A stretch of 64,000 nt of DNA from positions 105,677-169,676 of the forward strand of contig JAOZIA010000002.1 of the NCBI GenBank assembly GCA_026014585.1, written 5' to 3'. Shown here one piece after another: positions 46,878 to 56,398 of the stretch. The notes under the pieces are model-generated. The model saw only the letters and a program-made list of their open reading frames with translations. It made no database searches and had not been told where the DNA came from. Within the stretch, counting starts at the first letter, position 1; each line of letters begins with the position of its first letter. The DNA is from Candidatus Bathyarchaeota archaeon. GTDB taxonomy: Archaea; Thermoproteota; Bathyarchaeia; Bathyarchaeales; Bathycorpusculaceae. A program made the translations under genes and the position numbers.

Positions 46878-47351
46878 CTATTTTTTGTTGGGCACCCAAC
46901 GGTACTTTGGGTTTGAAGTTTTGGGTTTTTCTCCTTGAAAGCCGCATTTGTAGCATTTGCCATCATGCACTGAAACCACGTCTCCACAGTTGGGGCAAAG
47001 ATACCGTTCAGCTTGACTTTTGAGGAATTTCTCCATACCATTTTCTTTGATGAACTTTTGGTTTTCAACCATGCTCATGCCGTAGCGTGTGCGGTAGAGT
47101 TCATCTATTTTGGCTAACCTCATGCAGGGCATGTCGGGGCATTCGTGGCAGAAGCGGATTTGTTTTTTTCTGATTTTTTCGCAGTCTCGTTTGATAAAGG
47201 CGCAGTTTTTGTCTCTTGCAATGCAGCCTGTGCAGTGGGTTACTTGACCTTTTTTGCGCGGAACGCCTCGTGAGTAGGCAAGGTATGCTTTGCAGATGCC
47301 GCAGTTCATTCCACATGGTGCGATTAAATCAGCGGTGAATTTTTGACTCAT
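46878..47351 (-). CDS. Cys-rich DUF3795-like protein with C-terminal zinc ribbon
   Basis: 157 aa. IAPCGMNCGICKAYL...CTGC...FCHECPDMPC fits the DUF3795 pattern. C-terminal CPNCG...CYKCG. Confidence 0.5.
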   Translation of the reverse strand: MSQKFTADLIAPCGMNCGICKAYLAYSRGVPRKKGQVTHCTGCIARDKNCAFIKRDCEKIRKKQIRFCHECPDMPCMRLAKIDELYRTRYGMSMVENQKFIKENGMEKFLKSQAERYLCPNCGDVVSVHDGKCYKCGFQGEKPKTSNPKYRWVPNKK

Positions 47352-47395
47352 ACTTGTGCAATATTTATTGATTTACTTAAGGGTTTTCACTAAAA

Positions 47396-47935
47396 ATGCA
47401 AAGTTTTAAAAACAATAACAACGCAAATGTATTTAGGGGGACTAAAGACTTGAGTAATGCCTTAATTTTATTGGAACGCCTAAAACCTATGAAAGCCATA
47501 CATGCCTATTCCTTAAGCAATACACCTGAAGAAGAAGCATATAGGAAAATCTTGGAATTAGCAAAACAAAACGACATACCCAAGGAAAACGCTCGATTAT
47601 TTGGAAGAAACATCTACATATCAAACAAAACAGAACCTCACGGCTATGAATACTACCTAACAATCAACCAAGACATAAACAGACCAAAAAAAGCAGAAAT
47701 CAAAACGCTCCCCGGAGGATTATTCGCTGTTTTAAAAGGCAACAACTTATCCGACATAACTCAAAGCTGGAAGAACCTAATTGAACTTGTTGAATCTTCA
47801 GGTTACACTCAGGCAAGTGTTTCAAAAGAAGAATACGGCTGGGTCACAGGTGACCTTGAAGAGCACACCAACTGGCATATAGAAAACCCCAAAGAATGGC
47901 TTTTTGACTTATGGCTTAAAATAAGAGATTACTAA
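47396..47935 (+). CDS. GyrI-like / effector-binding-domain protein
   Basis: 179 aa. MKAIHAY...FGRN...EYYLTI...LPGGLFAVLKG resembles the GyrI-like small-molecule-binding fold. Start uncertain. Confidence 0.45.
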   Translation: MQSFKNNNNANVFRGTKDLSNALILLERLKPMKAIHAYSLSNTPEEEAYRKILELAKQNDIPKENARLFGRNIYISNKTEPHGYEYYLTINQDINRPKKAEIKTLPGGLFAVLKGNNLSDITQSWKNLIELVESSGYTQASVSKEEYGWVTGDLEEHTNWHIENPKEWLFDLWLKIRDY

Positions 47936-47996
47936 ATCGGGAAACGGCGATTTTTGTTAGAGCCGTACCCCATTTGCTTCAAAGGTGTTTTTTTGG

Positions 47997-48359
47997 TTAG
48001 ATGCCGATAAATGTTACATCATAGGTTTTCCTAAAAGCTTCTTCACCACACTTAATGAATTGTTCACTCATTATGGTATCAATTGTGAATTGTCCATGAT
48101 TGGTTAAACGGTACACTTTCTTTTTTTCGCTTAGGAAACTGTCAATTAAACCGTCCCGTTCCAGCTTGTAGAGGAGCGAGTACACGGTTCCTGCGCTTAG
48201 GAGGAAGCGGTATCTACGGAAAACAACTGATATTATATCGTAGCCGCTTAAAGAACCTGTTTTGAGTTCACTGAGAACGATTAGGTCTAGGAAGTCTTTG
48301 ATTATGCGTTCTTTTAGGCCTTTTAGTATTGTGTCAATTGCTTTTTTGTTTGTTAGCAA
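47997..48359 (-). CDS. PadR-family transcriptional regulator
   Basis: 120 aa. DLIVLSELKTGSLSGYDI...SAGTVYSLLYKLERDGLI is the PadR wHTH signature. Confidence 0.75.
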   Translation of the reverse strand: MLTNKKAIDTILKGLKERIIKDFLDLIVLSELKTGSLSGYDIISVVFRRYRFLLSAGTVYSLLYKLERDGLIDSFLSEKKKVYRLTNHGQFTIDTIMSEQFIKCGEEAFRKTYDVTFIGI

Positions 48360-48547
48360 GTTTATCCTTCCATTTTGCTTTATGCATCGGTGGATATATC
48401 GGATAAAGTTAATTTCAAGTCGGAGTTAGAGTCAGAAGCTAAAGCTAAAAGGCACCCAAAACCCCAAAAACCACGCCTTTTGCAACAAACAACGGGGACA
48501 ATTCTTAATTATCTCATCCACTAAACTCTTTGCTGAGGAAACCAAAA

Positions 48548-49609
48548 ATGGTAAAAATGGATTTCGGCGGCGTCCAAGAAGACGTCATAACCCGCAAAGA
48601 GTTTACAGTAGCACAAGCCCAAGAAATTCTAAAAGATGAAGTTGTTGTTTCGCTTGGCTATGGAATTCAAGGTCAAGCCCAATCACTAAACATGAGAGAC
48701 AACGGAGTTAATGTAATCATTGGGCAAGAAAAAGAAGGCATATTCAAAAAAGAATGGGACAAAGCAGTAGCTGACGGATGGAAACCAGGCGTAAACCTGT
48801 TCCCGCTCGAAGAAGCAGCCAAAAAAGGAACCATCAAAATGTTCCTACTCACAGATGCAGGACAAAAGGTGGTATGGCCAAAAATCAAAGCCCTCCTAAA
48901 GGCTGGTGATGCCCTCTACTTCAGCCACGGATTTAGCATCGTCTACAAAGAACAAACAGGTGTCATCCCACCAAACGATGTCGACGTGATTTTGGTCGCG
49001 CCAAAAGGCAGCGGCACCAGCGTCCGCAGAAACTTTGTTGACGGAAGCGGCATAAACAGCAGCTTTGCAGTTTTCCAAGACGCAACAGGCAAAGCAGAAA
49101 ACCGCGCAAAAGCACTCGGCATCGCCATAGGCAGCGGATACCTCTTCCCAACCACCTTTGAAAAAGAAGTCTACAGCGACCTAACAGGAGAACGCGGCAC
49201 ACTAATGGGCGCATTGGAAGGCATACTGGAAGCACAATACAACACCCTACGTGCACATGGTCACAGCCCAAGTGAAGCATTCAACGAAACTGTTGAAGAA
49301 CTCACACAGAGCCTTATTCGCCTTGTCGACGAGAACGGCATGGACTGGATGTACAACAACTGCAGTGAAACCGCACGCATCGGTGCTCTTCGCTGGAGAG
49401 AACGCTTCCGCAGCGCAACTCAACCCGTGTTTGACTCACTCTACGACCTTGTCGCGGCAGGAGAAGAAACACACATCGTTTTGGATAAAAGCAAGGCTCC
49501 AGATTACAGGCAGAAACTTGCTGACGAACTCAAAGCAATGGGCAGCAGCGAAATGTGGCGTGCAGGAGAAACTGTCCGCAGTCTGCGTCCAAACACACCA
49601 AAGAAATAA
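48548..49609 (+). CDS. ilvC: Ketol-acid reductoisomerase
   Basis: GYGIQGQAQSLNMRDNG Rossmann motif, SHGFSI, and a C-terminal knotted domain. ATG 48548 preferred. Confidence 0.85.
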   Translation: MVKMDFGGVQEDVITRKEFTVAQAQEILKDEVVVSLGYGIQGQAQSLNMRDNGVNVIIGQEKEGIFKKEWDKAVADGWKPGVNLFPLEEAAKKGTIKMFLLTDAGQKVVWPKIKALLKAGDALYFSHGFSIVYKEQTGVIPPNDVDVILVAPKGSGTSVRRNFVDGSGINSSFAVFQDATGKAENRAKALGIAIGSGYLFPTTFEKEVYSDLTGERGTLMGALEGILEAQYNTLRAHGHSPSEAFNETVEELTQSLIRLVDENGMDWMYNNCSETARIGALRWRERFRSATQPVFDSLYDLVAAGEETHIVLDKSKAPDYRQKLADELKAMGSSEMWRAGETVRSLRPNTPKK

Positions 49610-49652
49610 AATATAGTGGCTGAAAAGCCGCTTTTTCAACATTTTTATTTTT

Positions 49653-50450
49653 TTACATCAGGAAATAGTTTGAGCGATTTGTGGCTCCACCCGTGAAATC
49701 TGTTAATACTTGATTTTCAGAGGTTAAATCGGCAACGCCTAAAATGTAGGAGGGATGCTTTTCCAGTTCGACTTCTTTGGTGTAAGGGGTTTTGGTGAAG
49801 CGTAGCACTGTGTTTGCTTTTGCAGAGGTTATTTCTTGCAGAAAGCTGTTTCTTGTGGTGCCTTCATGTGGTAAGTAGGTTGCGATTATGATAATATGAT
49901 GTTTTTTTGCAAAGTTTGCGAGGTAACTCATGAGTTGGCCGTAGACTGCTTTGGCTTCTTGGTCATTGACGTTTTCTTGTAAGAAGGGGTTTGCTATATC
50001 AGAGAGCACCACGAGTTTAGCGTCGCAAGATTCTACGGTTTGTTGCAGTTTTTCCATTATAACAGAGGTTAAACGGTAAGCTGAGTAAACGCGGATATTG
50101 TGAATAGCTTCAAGTGCTGCTGTGGCGTTTAGTTGCTGGTTTTGTGCCATGTCACCTATTTTTGAAAGCGAGGAGCTGCTTGCGCAATCGATGAAAACAA
50201 CATCGCTTTCTAATCCACCCATCTGTGTTGGCAGTTGGGCACGAACGCAAAGCAGGGAAGCCAGTGAAGTTAATGTTTGGGGTCCATATAATACTGCGAA
50301 GTCTCCTGTTTTAAATCCTGGAAAAAGTTCGTCAATGTTTGATATATTAAAAGTGAACTGGGTGTTAGTGGTTTGCAGTGTCTTTGCTTTGCTTGGCAGG
50401 TTTTTTTGTATTGTGGATGGGTTGATTATTAGGCTCTGTTGCATTTGCAT
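49653..50450 (-). CDS. RecA-superfamily (RadB/KaiC-like) protein with a degenerate P-loop
   Basis: 265 aa. FPGFKTGDFAVLYGPQTLTSLAS stands where GxxGxGKT is expected. Walker-B-like KLVVLSD. RecA-fold layout. Confidence 0.5.
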   Translation of the reverse strand: MQMQQSLIINPSTIQKNLPSKAKTLQTTNTQFTFNISNIDELFPGFKTGDFAVLYGPQTLTSLASLLCVRAQLPTQMGGLESDVVFIDCASSSSLSKIGDMAQNQQLNATAALEAIHNIRVYSAYRLTSVIMEKLQQTVESCDAKLVVLSDIANPFLQENVNDQEAKAVYGQLMSYLANFAKKHHIIIIATYLPHEGTTRNSFLQEITSAKANTVLRFTKTPYTKEVELEKHPSYILGVADLTSENQVLTDFTGGATNRSNYFLM

Positions 50451-50621
50451 ACACTTCTGGAAACCCGTTACGTCTGTTTTGCCTATTTAAACTGCCTCTC
50501 AAACTACCTTTCTAGACGGGGGAGAGGTAAGTTAAAGTGAACTGCCTTTTGCAAACAAACAGGCCAAATAACAAACATTTTTCTTTTTAGATGTACATAT
50601 TTTCTTTTAGGATGACCTATA

Positions 50622-52178
50622 ATGGGTCAGGCTTCTGATTTTTTAAATAACCAACACGCCGTAGAAGGCACAAGAGTAAAGGTTTCTAAAAGAAAAACAC
50701 GGCGAGACAAGTATAAAATTGCATGGGACATCCTAGAAAGCATTGATGATTACATCAGCGCATTTGACAAAGATTGGAATTTTATTTACCTAAACAAAAA
50801 AACCGCTAACGATTTTGGTCTTGCCCCAAAAGATTTAATGGGTAAAAATTTTTGGGAAACCTTCCCAAATTTCCTTGGAACTGATATTTCAAAATACTAT
50901 TGTGAGGCAATGTACAAAAGGAAAGTGAAACGGTTTGAATGGAAAACCATCTATGCCAACACTGGATACAGAGAATTCACAGTTTTCCCCTCACACGAAG
51001 GCATCACAGTATATGGGGTAGACATTAACCAGCGTAAGGAACTTCAGAAAAAACTTGAAGAATACACCAAAAACCTCGAAAAACTCGTAGAAGAAAGAAC
51101 AAGAAAAATCCGTGAAAGCGAACAAAGCTACCGTGAACTATATGAAAGCTTTGGGGAAGCATTCATCGCCACCGACTGGGAACTAAACGTTATACACTGG
51201 AACAAAGCAGCAGAGGAAATCACGAAAGTCACAGCTAAAGAAGCACTGGGAAAAAAAATTTACGATATTCTACCTGAAATGGACACTGTTAATGTTACAC
51301 CCTACTTTGAGTCCTTGCAAGAAAAAAGTCCCGCACGTTTCATGATGAAAACCACAAGCAGACAAACTGGGCGCGCCGCAATTTTTGAAATCTCAACTTA
51401 TCCCTCAACATTAGGAGTCATAATTATTGTAGAAGACAAAACCGAGGAGGAGAAAATAAAACGGCTTTTAACAATTGGTCAAACAGCAGGCATGGTTGGG
51501 CATGACATCCGCAACCCTCTACAATCAATTATGTCCTCGATGTTTTTAATAAAAAATAACCTAAACAATTTGCCTAAAAGTGCTGATAGAAGTGAAGCAA
51601 TACAAGAAGCAGATTCCATTTTAGAGCAGATAAGCTATGTGGACAAAATTGTTTCGGATTTACAGGATTATGCACGTCCGTTGAAACTGGAAATTGTTGA
51701 AGTGAACCTAAAAACGCTAATCGCAAACACACTGTCCACCCTAAATATCCCATCCAATATTGAAGCGGCAGCATATTTTGACCCCAAACTGCCCAAAATA
51801 AAAACTGACCCAACCCTTCTAAAACGCGTACTACTAAATCTAGCAACCAACGCAATACAAGCTATGCCTGAAGGCGGCAAACTATCCATAAAAACCAGCC
51901 GAGACAAGGACCCAGACAAATTTGCAATAACCATCCAAGACACAGGCGTAGGTATCCCCAAAGAAATACAGGATAAACTGTTCACGCCGCTGTTTACAAC
52001 TAAGTCAAAGGGCCAGGGATTTGGCTTAGCAGTTGTTAAGCGTCTGGTTGAAGCTCAGGGAGGAACAATAAGTTTTGAAAGCCAAGAGGGCAAAGGAACC
52101 AAATTCACAGTCAACCTTCCCACTCAGAATAAACGCAAATCAGCCTACACTATAGAAAACGGAAGGCTACGGCTTTAG
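50622..52178 (+). CDS. Cytoplasmic sensor histidine kinase with two PAS domains
   Basis: 518 aa. Two PAS-like segments separated by a coiled coil, H-box GMVGHDIRNPL, and N/G1/G2 boxes (NLATNAIQA, DTGVGI, GQGFGL). Confidence 0.8.
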   Translation: MGQASDFLNNQHAVEGTRVKVSKRKTRRDKYKIAWDILESIDDYISAFDKDWNFIYLNKKTANDFGLAPKDLMGKNFWETFPNFLGTDISKYYCEAMYKRKVKRFEWKTIYANTGYREFTVFPSHEGITVYGVDINQRKELQKKLEEYTKNLEKLVEERTRKIRESEQSYRELYESFGEAFIATDWELNVIHWNKAAEEITKVTAKEALGKKIYDILPEMDTVNVTPYFESLQEKSPARFMMKTTSRQTGRAAIFEISTYPSTLGVIIIVEDKTEEEKIKRLLTIGQTAGMVGHDIRNPLQSIMSSMFLIKNNLNNLPKSADRSEAIQEADSILEQISYVDKIVSDLQDYARPLKLEIVEVNLKTLIANTLSTLNIPSNIEAAAYFDPKLPKIKTDPTLLKRVLLNLATNAIQAMPEGGKLSIKTSRDKDPDKFAITIQDTGVGIPKEIQDKLFTPLFTTKSKGQGFGLAVVKRLVEAQGGTISFESQEGKGTKFTVNLPTQNKRKSAYTIENGRLRL

Positions 52179-52228
52179 ACGGATTTAGGTTCTGGCATAA
52201 TTTCCCTGCAAACAGCCAAGCCAGCTGT

Positions 52229-53005
52229 TCATGTTGAGCAAGCAGTTTTTTTGTGGCAAACAGGGCAATTTTGGTTTTTTGCAATATCAATTCTGGTAAA
52301 GTCCATGTCAGTAAAATCACACACCAACACTTTACCCTTAAGAGTACTTCCAACACCTGAAAGGAGTTTTATGGTTTCCATCGCCTGCAAACTGCCAATA
52401 ATTCCGGGAGTTGCGCCAATCACACCTCGAGTATTGCAATTTATCAAGTCTGAGTCAGAAACGTTAGGCATTAAACATTCAAGACAACCTGTTTCAGGCG
52501 GCGAAAACACGGAAATGTTACCCTCAATACCTACTGCAGCAGCAAAAACGTAGGGAATCTTGTGCTTTACACAGACACGGTTTACCAAGTAGCGGGTTTG
52601 CATGTTATCCAACCCATCCACCACGCAGTCCATACCGTCGAGGAGTTTTTCAACGTTTTGGGCGTTCACGTTTTCGGGTACTGCCTCAATTTTGATTAGG
52701 GGGTTGTGTTTTTGGAGTTTTTGGGCTGCGACTGCCGCTTTTGGGTAGTGAAGCTCGTCTTTGGTGTAGAGAATTTGGCGATGAAGATTCTGGGTTTCAA
52801 CCGTATCATGGTCAATAAGACGCAGGTAACCTACACCGACAAGTGTAAGATACAGCGAGGAAACTGTTCCAAGACCACCAACGCCTACCACAGCAACTTT
52901 GGATTTTGAAAGCCGCTGCTGACCACTCTCACCAAGCTCTTTGAGTGTGATTTGACGCTTGTAAAACTGCTTTACAAATGTGTCTTGTTCGTCTAAATCC
53001 ATCAT
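52229..53005 (-). CDS. ThiF/MoeB/UbaA-type E1-like adenylyltransferase
   Basis: 258 aa. VAVVGVGGLGT nucleotide motif, CLECL and CPVCHKK zinc motifs. Confidence 0.8.
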   Translation of the reverse strand: MMDLDEQDTFVKQFYKRQITLKELGESGQQRLSKSKVAVVGVGGLGTVSSLYLTLVGVGYLRLIDHDTVETQNLHRQILYTKDELHYPKAAVAAQKLQKHNPLIKIEAVPENVNAQNVEKLLDGMDCVVDGLDNMQTRYLVNRVCVKHKIPYVFAAAVGIEGNISVFSPPETGCLECLMPNVSDSDLINCNTRGVIGATPGIIGSLQAMETIKLLSGVGSTLKGKVLVCDFTDMDFTRIDIAKNQNCPVCHKKTACST

Positions 53006-53079
53006 TCTTCACTCAAATGTTGGTGGGTGTGTTATATTTGCTTTTTACTTAATTACCGCATCACGACACCATAACCTAT

Positions 53080-53166
53080 CTATTTGGAGCCTATTAGAAA
53101 TACAATGCAGAAACCATAGAGGGGTCTAAGGGATTCCTAAGAGGAGGCTCATATTGGAGTGTTTTA
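53080..53166 (+). repeat. Interspersed intergenic repeat, copy 5 (core plus alternative 3' part); a degenerate fragment follows at 53224-53254
   Basis: CTATTTGGAGCCTATTAGAAATACAATGCAGAAACCATAGAGGGGTCTAAGGGATTCCTAAGAGGAGGCTCATATTGGAGTGTTTTA. Confidence 0.85.
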
Positions 53167-53421
53167 ATCCAAAAATGTGTTGCCCTTTCAGGGTTTTTAG
53201 TTGTGCTGGTGTGTTTACATGTGCCTAGTTTGCCATTAGTTGCAGAAACCTGTCAATTTCTGATGGTGTATCTCCTGGTTTTTCTTGTTTACAGCAACTT
53301 TCTCCATTACCACTTCAATTTGCCTTTTTTATCTATGGCATTTTTCTGGTTTATTTTAGAGTTAACTTAAAGAACCAGAACCAAATATAAATTAGCAAAA
53401 AAGGGAGAATTCACGGGGAAA

Positions 53422-55066
53422 GTGGTGTTCGGGTCTGGCAATAGCAACATTTGAAGAAATTAGTGCATCCGATTTTTTCTACAGAAACCGCGACATAGCA
53501 GGCTTAACCAACCCATCTAGAGCCATATTTGTTGCGCTCCGAGAAATCGTAGAAAACAGTCTTGACGCGGCGGAGAGCCAAAAAATCCCACCTGACATTT
53601 ACGTGCGTCTCTCTTTTGAATCGGAAGCCACCAAAGAAACGCAGATTTACAAGCTCCGAGTTGAAGACAACGGCTCAGGAATCCAGCCCAGATTCATACC
53701 CTCCGCATTTGGGCAAGTCCTCTACGGCTCCAAATACAAACTCAAACAGATGCGTGGAACTTTTGGCTTAGGCGGAAAAATGGCGGTTCTACACGGGCAA
53801 GTCACAACGCATCAACCCGTTATCGTAACCTCCTGCACGGGTGGGTCATCAAAAATTTACAGTTTCAAGCTGATGATTGACATTCAGCGAAACCGCCCAA
53901 TAATTCTGGAACGAAAAGTCCTTATGAACAAGGATAATTGGCGTGGCACCATTGTGGAGTTCACTTTAGAAGGCGATTATCTTAGGGCTATGCCGAAAAT
54001 TTTGGAGTACTTTAAGCAGACTGCCATGTTTAACCCATACGCCAACATCACCTTTGTTGACCCCAAAGGCAGACTCTACAAATTTAAACGCGCAACAACC
54101 GCCATGCCCGAGCCCCCCAAAGAAACAATGCCGCACCCCTACGGCGTAGACGTAGAACTCCTGCAACGAATAATCCAAGTAACACCCTACGATAACATGC
54201 TAGATTTTCTCAAAGGACATTTCCATCGAGTTGGAGATATCACCGCGCAGAAATTCTTGCTTTTCAGCGGCTTAACCACTGCGACCTGTACCCAGCATGG
54301 AAAACGCACATTTGAACAGCTGAACTGGGTTGATGGAAAACCCAAATGTGCTCAATGCGGTCAAAACATGCAACTCAGTAAGCAAAAAAATCCCAAAAAG
54401 CTCTCCCATGAAGAAATCGTAAGGCTCATGCAGAACCTCAAAAAATACAAAGAGTTTCTGCCGCCAGATGCCAATTGTCTCTCGCCAGTGGGGGAGGAGC
54501 TTTTGAAAGCTGGTGTTATGAAGGAGTTGAATCCTGAGCAGCTTGTGGTTTATCAACGCAAACCCTCAACGTATGCGGGGCACCCCTTCATTGTGGAGAT
54601 GGCTATAGCATACGGCGGAGACGTTCCAAAACGGAGCAATTTTGTAGTTTACCGCTTCGCAAACAAAATCCCGCTGCTCTATGATGAAGCCAGCGACGTG
54701 TCTTTCAAAGTTATTCAATCTATGAATTGGCGACGCTACAAAGTTACTTCAGACATGCCCATCGCAATTGTTGTGCATGTTTGCAGCACCAAAGTCCCAT
54801 ACAAAACCGTGGGCAAAGAATTCATATCTGACCGCCCCGAAGTGCGTAAAGAAGAAGCTAACGCGCTCAGGGAGGTTTCAAGGCAGCTTGGGCACTTTTT
54901 GGCTCGTCAAGAGCATGTTCACATGGAAAAGAAACGGTTGGGCATCTTTAGCAAATACTTGCCTAAAATCGCCCAGTTTTCAGCTATGCTTGCTGGGCAA
55001 GAAAAAATTCCTGACATAGATAAACTGTTAAAGAGTGTACAAAAGTATGGCAATGAAGAAAGCTAA
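53422..55066 (+). CDS. top6B: DNA topoisomerase VI subunit B; true start unresolved (the body frame is open from 53396, first canonical in-frame start is GTG 53603)
   Basis: Frame of 53603..55066 extended upstream reads TFEEISASDFFYRNRDIAGLTNPSRAIFVALREIVENSLDAAE (Bergerat N-box), then VEDNGSGI (G1 box). 53422 is an out-of-frame GTG behind a TATA-like box and is given only as the outer bound. Confidence 0.85.
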
Positions 55067-56150
55067 AATCAGCGAACGAAAGCAAGAGGTTCTCAAAGGA
55101 CTCAAAACCTTTGGAACATCCATCTATAATCAGCTTGACCAAGGTGTCTTTCCAACAGTAAACATGCCCAGCCGCAGCACAGAAAACATCACCTACGACG
55201 AAAACGTGCGCCAATACATTCTTGGCGAGAAAAGCGTGGGCAGAAGCGCCCGCAACATCCGCCACATACGACCCTTCACACAGCTCGCTTGGGTTGCAAT
55301 GTTTAGCAACGAACTAACCAGTCAACGCAAAACCAGCACCTTAAGAGATGTCTACTACTCAGCACAAGCCTACGAAATGACTTTTAACGACCAACAAGAA
55401 TCAAATAACATCATCACCGACCTTGAAACCCTCACAGGCTATGCAAGAGAAGACTTCAGCATCTTCCCCGAAGAACGCAGCGCAATTTTTGGTGATTTAG
55501 AAATCAGCTACACCGTCCCAGGTTATGAAGGAAAAACTGTGAACCTGACAAGTCATCCAGACGGCGTGCTTATTGGTCCAGCAGTAACCTCCTCTGAGTT
55601 CGTGGAAACCAGCGCTGATAAGGTCATAGCCATTGAGAAAGGTGCGCTCTTTACCCGATTCATTGAAGAAAATGTTCACAACAAACACAAATCCCTGCTA
55701 ATCTCCTGTGGTGGTCAAGCTCCAAGGCAAACCCGCAGTTTCATCCGCCGCCTCCACGACGAACTCAACTTGCCCGTTTACATTCTCACTGACGGTGACC
55801 CCTGGGGAATGCACATTGCCCAAGTCATCATCTCTGGCTCAGCCAACGCCGCACACTTAAGAGAGCTTAACACTCCTGACGCGATTTGGAGTGGGGTTTG
55901 GGCAAGCGATATTGTTGATTACAAGTTGCCAACTGATCCTCTGGATGATGTGGACATTAAACGTCTCTATGAACTGCAGCGAGACCCCAGATACCAAAAC
56001 GACCCAGTCTGGCAACGCGAAATCAAAATGTTCCTAAAAATTAAGCGCAAGACGGAGCTTGAAGCTTTCAGCAGATACGGCTTAACCTACATTGTGGATG
56101 AGTATTTGCCCGCAAAACTGGAGCAGAAACCCAAAACAAAAAAGAAATAA
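55047..56150 (+). CDS. top6A: DNA topoisomerase VI subunit A (Spo11 homolog)
   Basis: About 367 aa. Catalytic-Tyr region LRDVYYSAQ. Toprim region VIAIEKGALF...ILTDGDPWG. Overlaps the top6B end by 20 nt. Confidence 0.9.
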   Translation: MAMKKAKISERKQEVLKGLKTFGTSIYNQLDQGVFPTVNMPSRSTENITYDENVRQYILGEKSVGRSARNIRHIRPFTQLAWVAMFSNELTSQRKTSTLRDVYYSAQAYEMTFNDQQESNNIITDLETLTGYAREDFSIFPEERSAIFGDLEISYTVPGYEGKTVNLTSHPDGVLIGPAVTSSEFVETSADKVIAIEKGALFTRFIEENVHNKHKSLLISCGGQAPRQTRSFIRRLHDELNLPVYILTDGDPWGMHIAQVIISGSANAAHLRELNTPDAIWSGVWASDIVDYKLPTDPLDDVDIKRLYELQRDPRYQNDPVWQREIKMFLKIKRKTELEAFSRYGLTYIVDEYLPAKLEQKPKTKKK

Positions 56151-56155
56151 CCTTT

Positions 56156-56398
56156 TTATTTTTCCAGCATTTTAAGCGTTTTTTCTGCAGTTGAGACACA
56201 AAAAAGCAAATCATCAATGGTAGCCGTGAAAGTGGCAAGTTTTCCCTGACACACAATCTCAGTAACTACAGCGTTGCCTTCTCGGCAGGTTTTAACAGTT
56301 AAACCCGCGGGAGCTTTAAAATTGTCAGGCGAAACCGCATCTGCAACAGCCTGCGCCGCTTTTTCGTCAACGTAATTAAGCACTATTTTGGCTTCCAA
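56156..56398 (-). CDS. Pcc1-like KEOPS subunit (tentative)
   Basis: 80 aa. AAQAVADAVSPDN...VVTEIVCQGKLATFTATIDDLLFCVSTAEKTL follows the Pcc1/CTAG pattern as I recall it. Overlaps the upstream RecJ-like gene by 23 nt. Confidence 0.45.
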   Translation of the reverse strand: MEAKIVLNYVDEKAAQAVADAVSPDNFKAPAGLTVKTCREGNAVVTEIVCQGKLATFTATIDDLLFCVSTAEKTLKMLEK

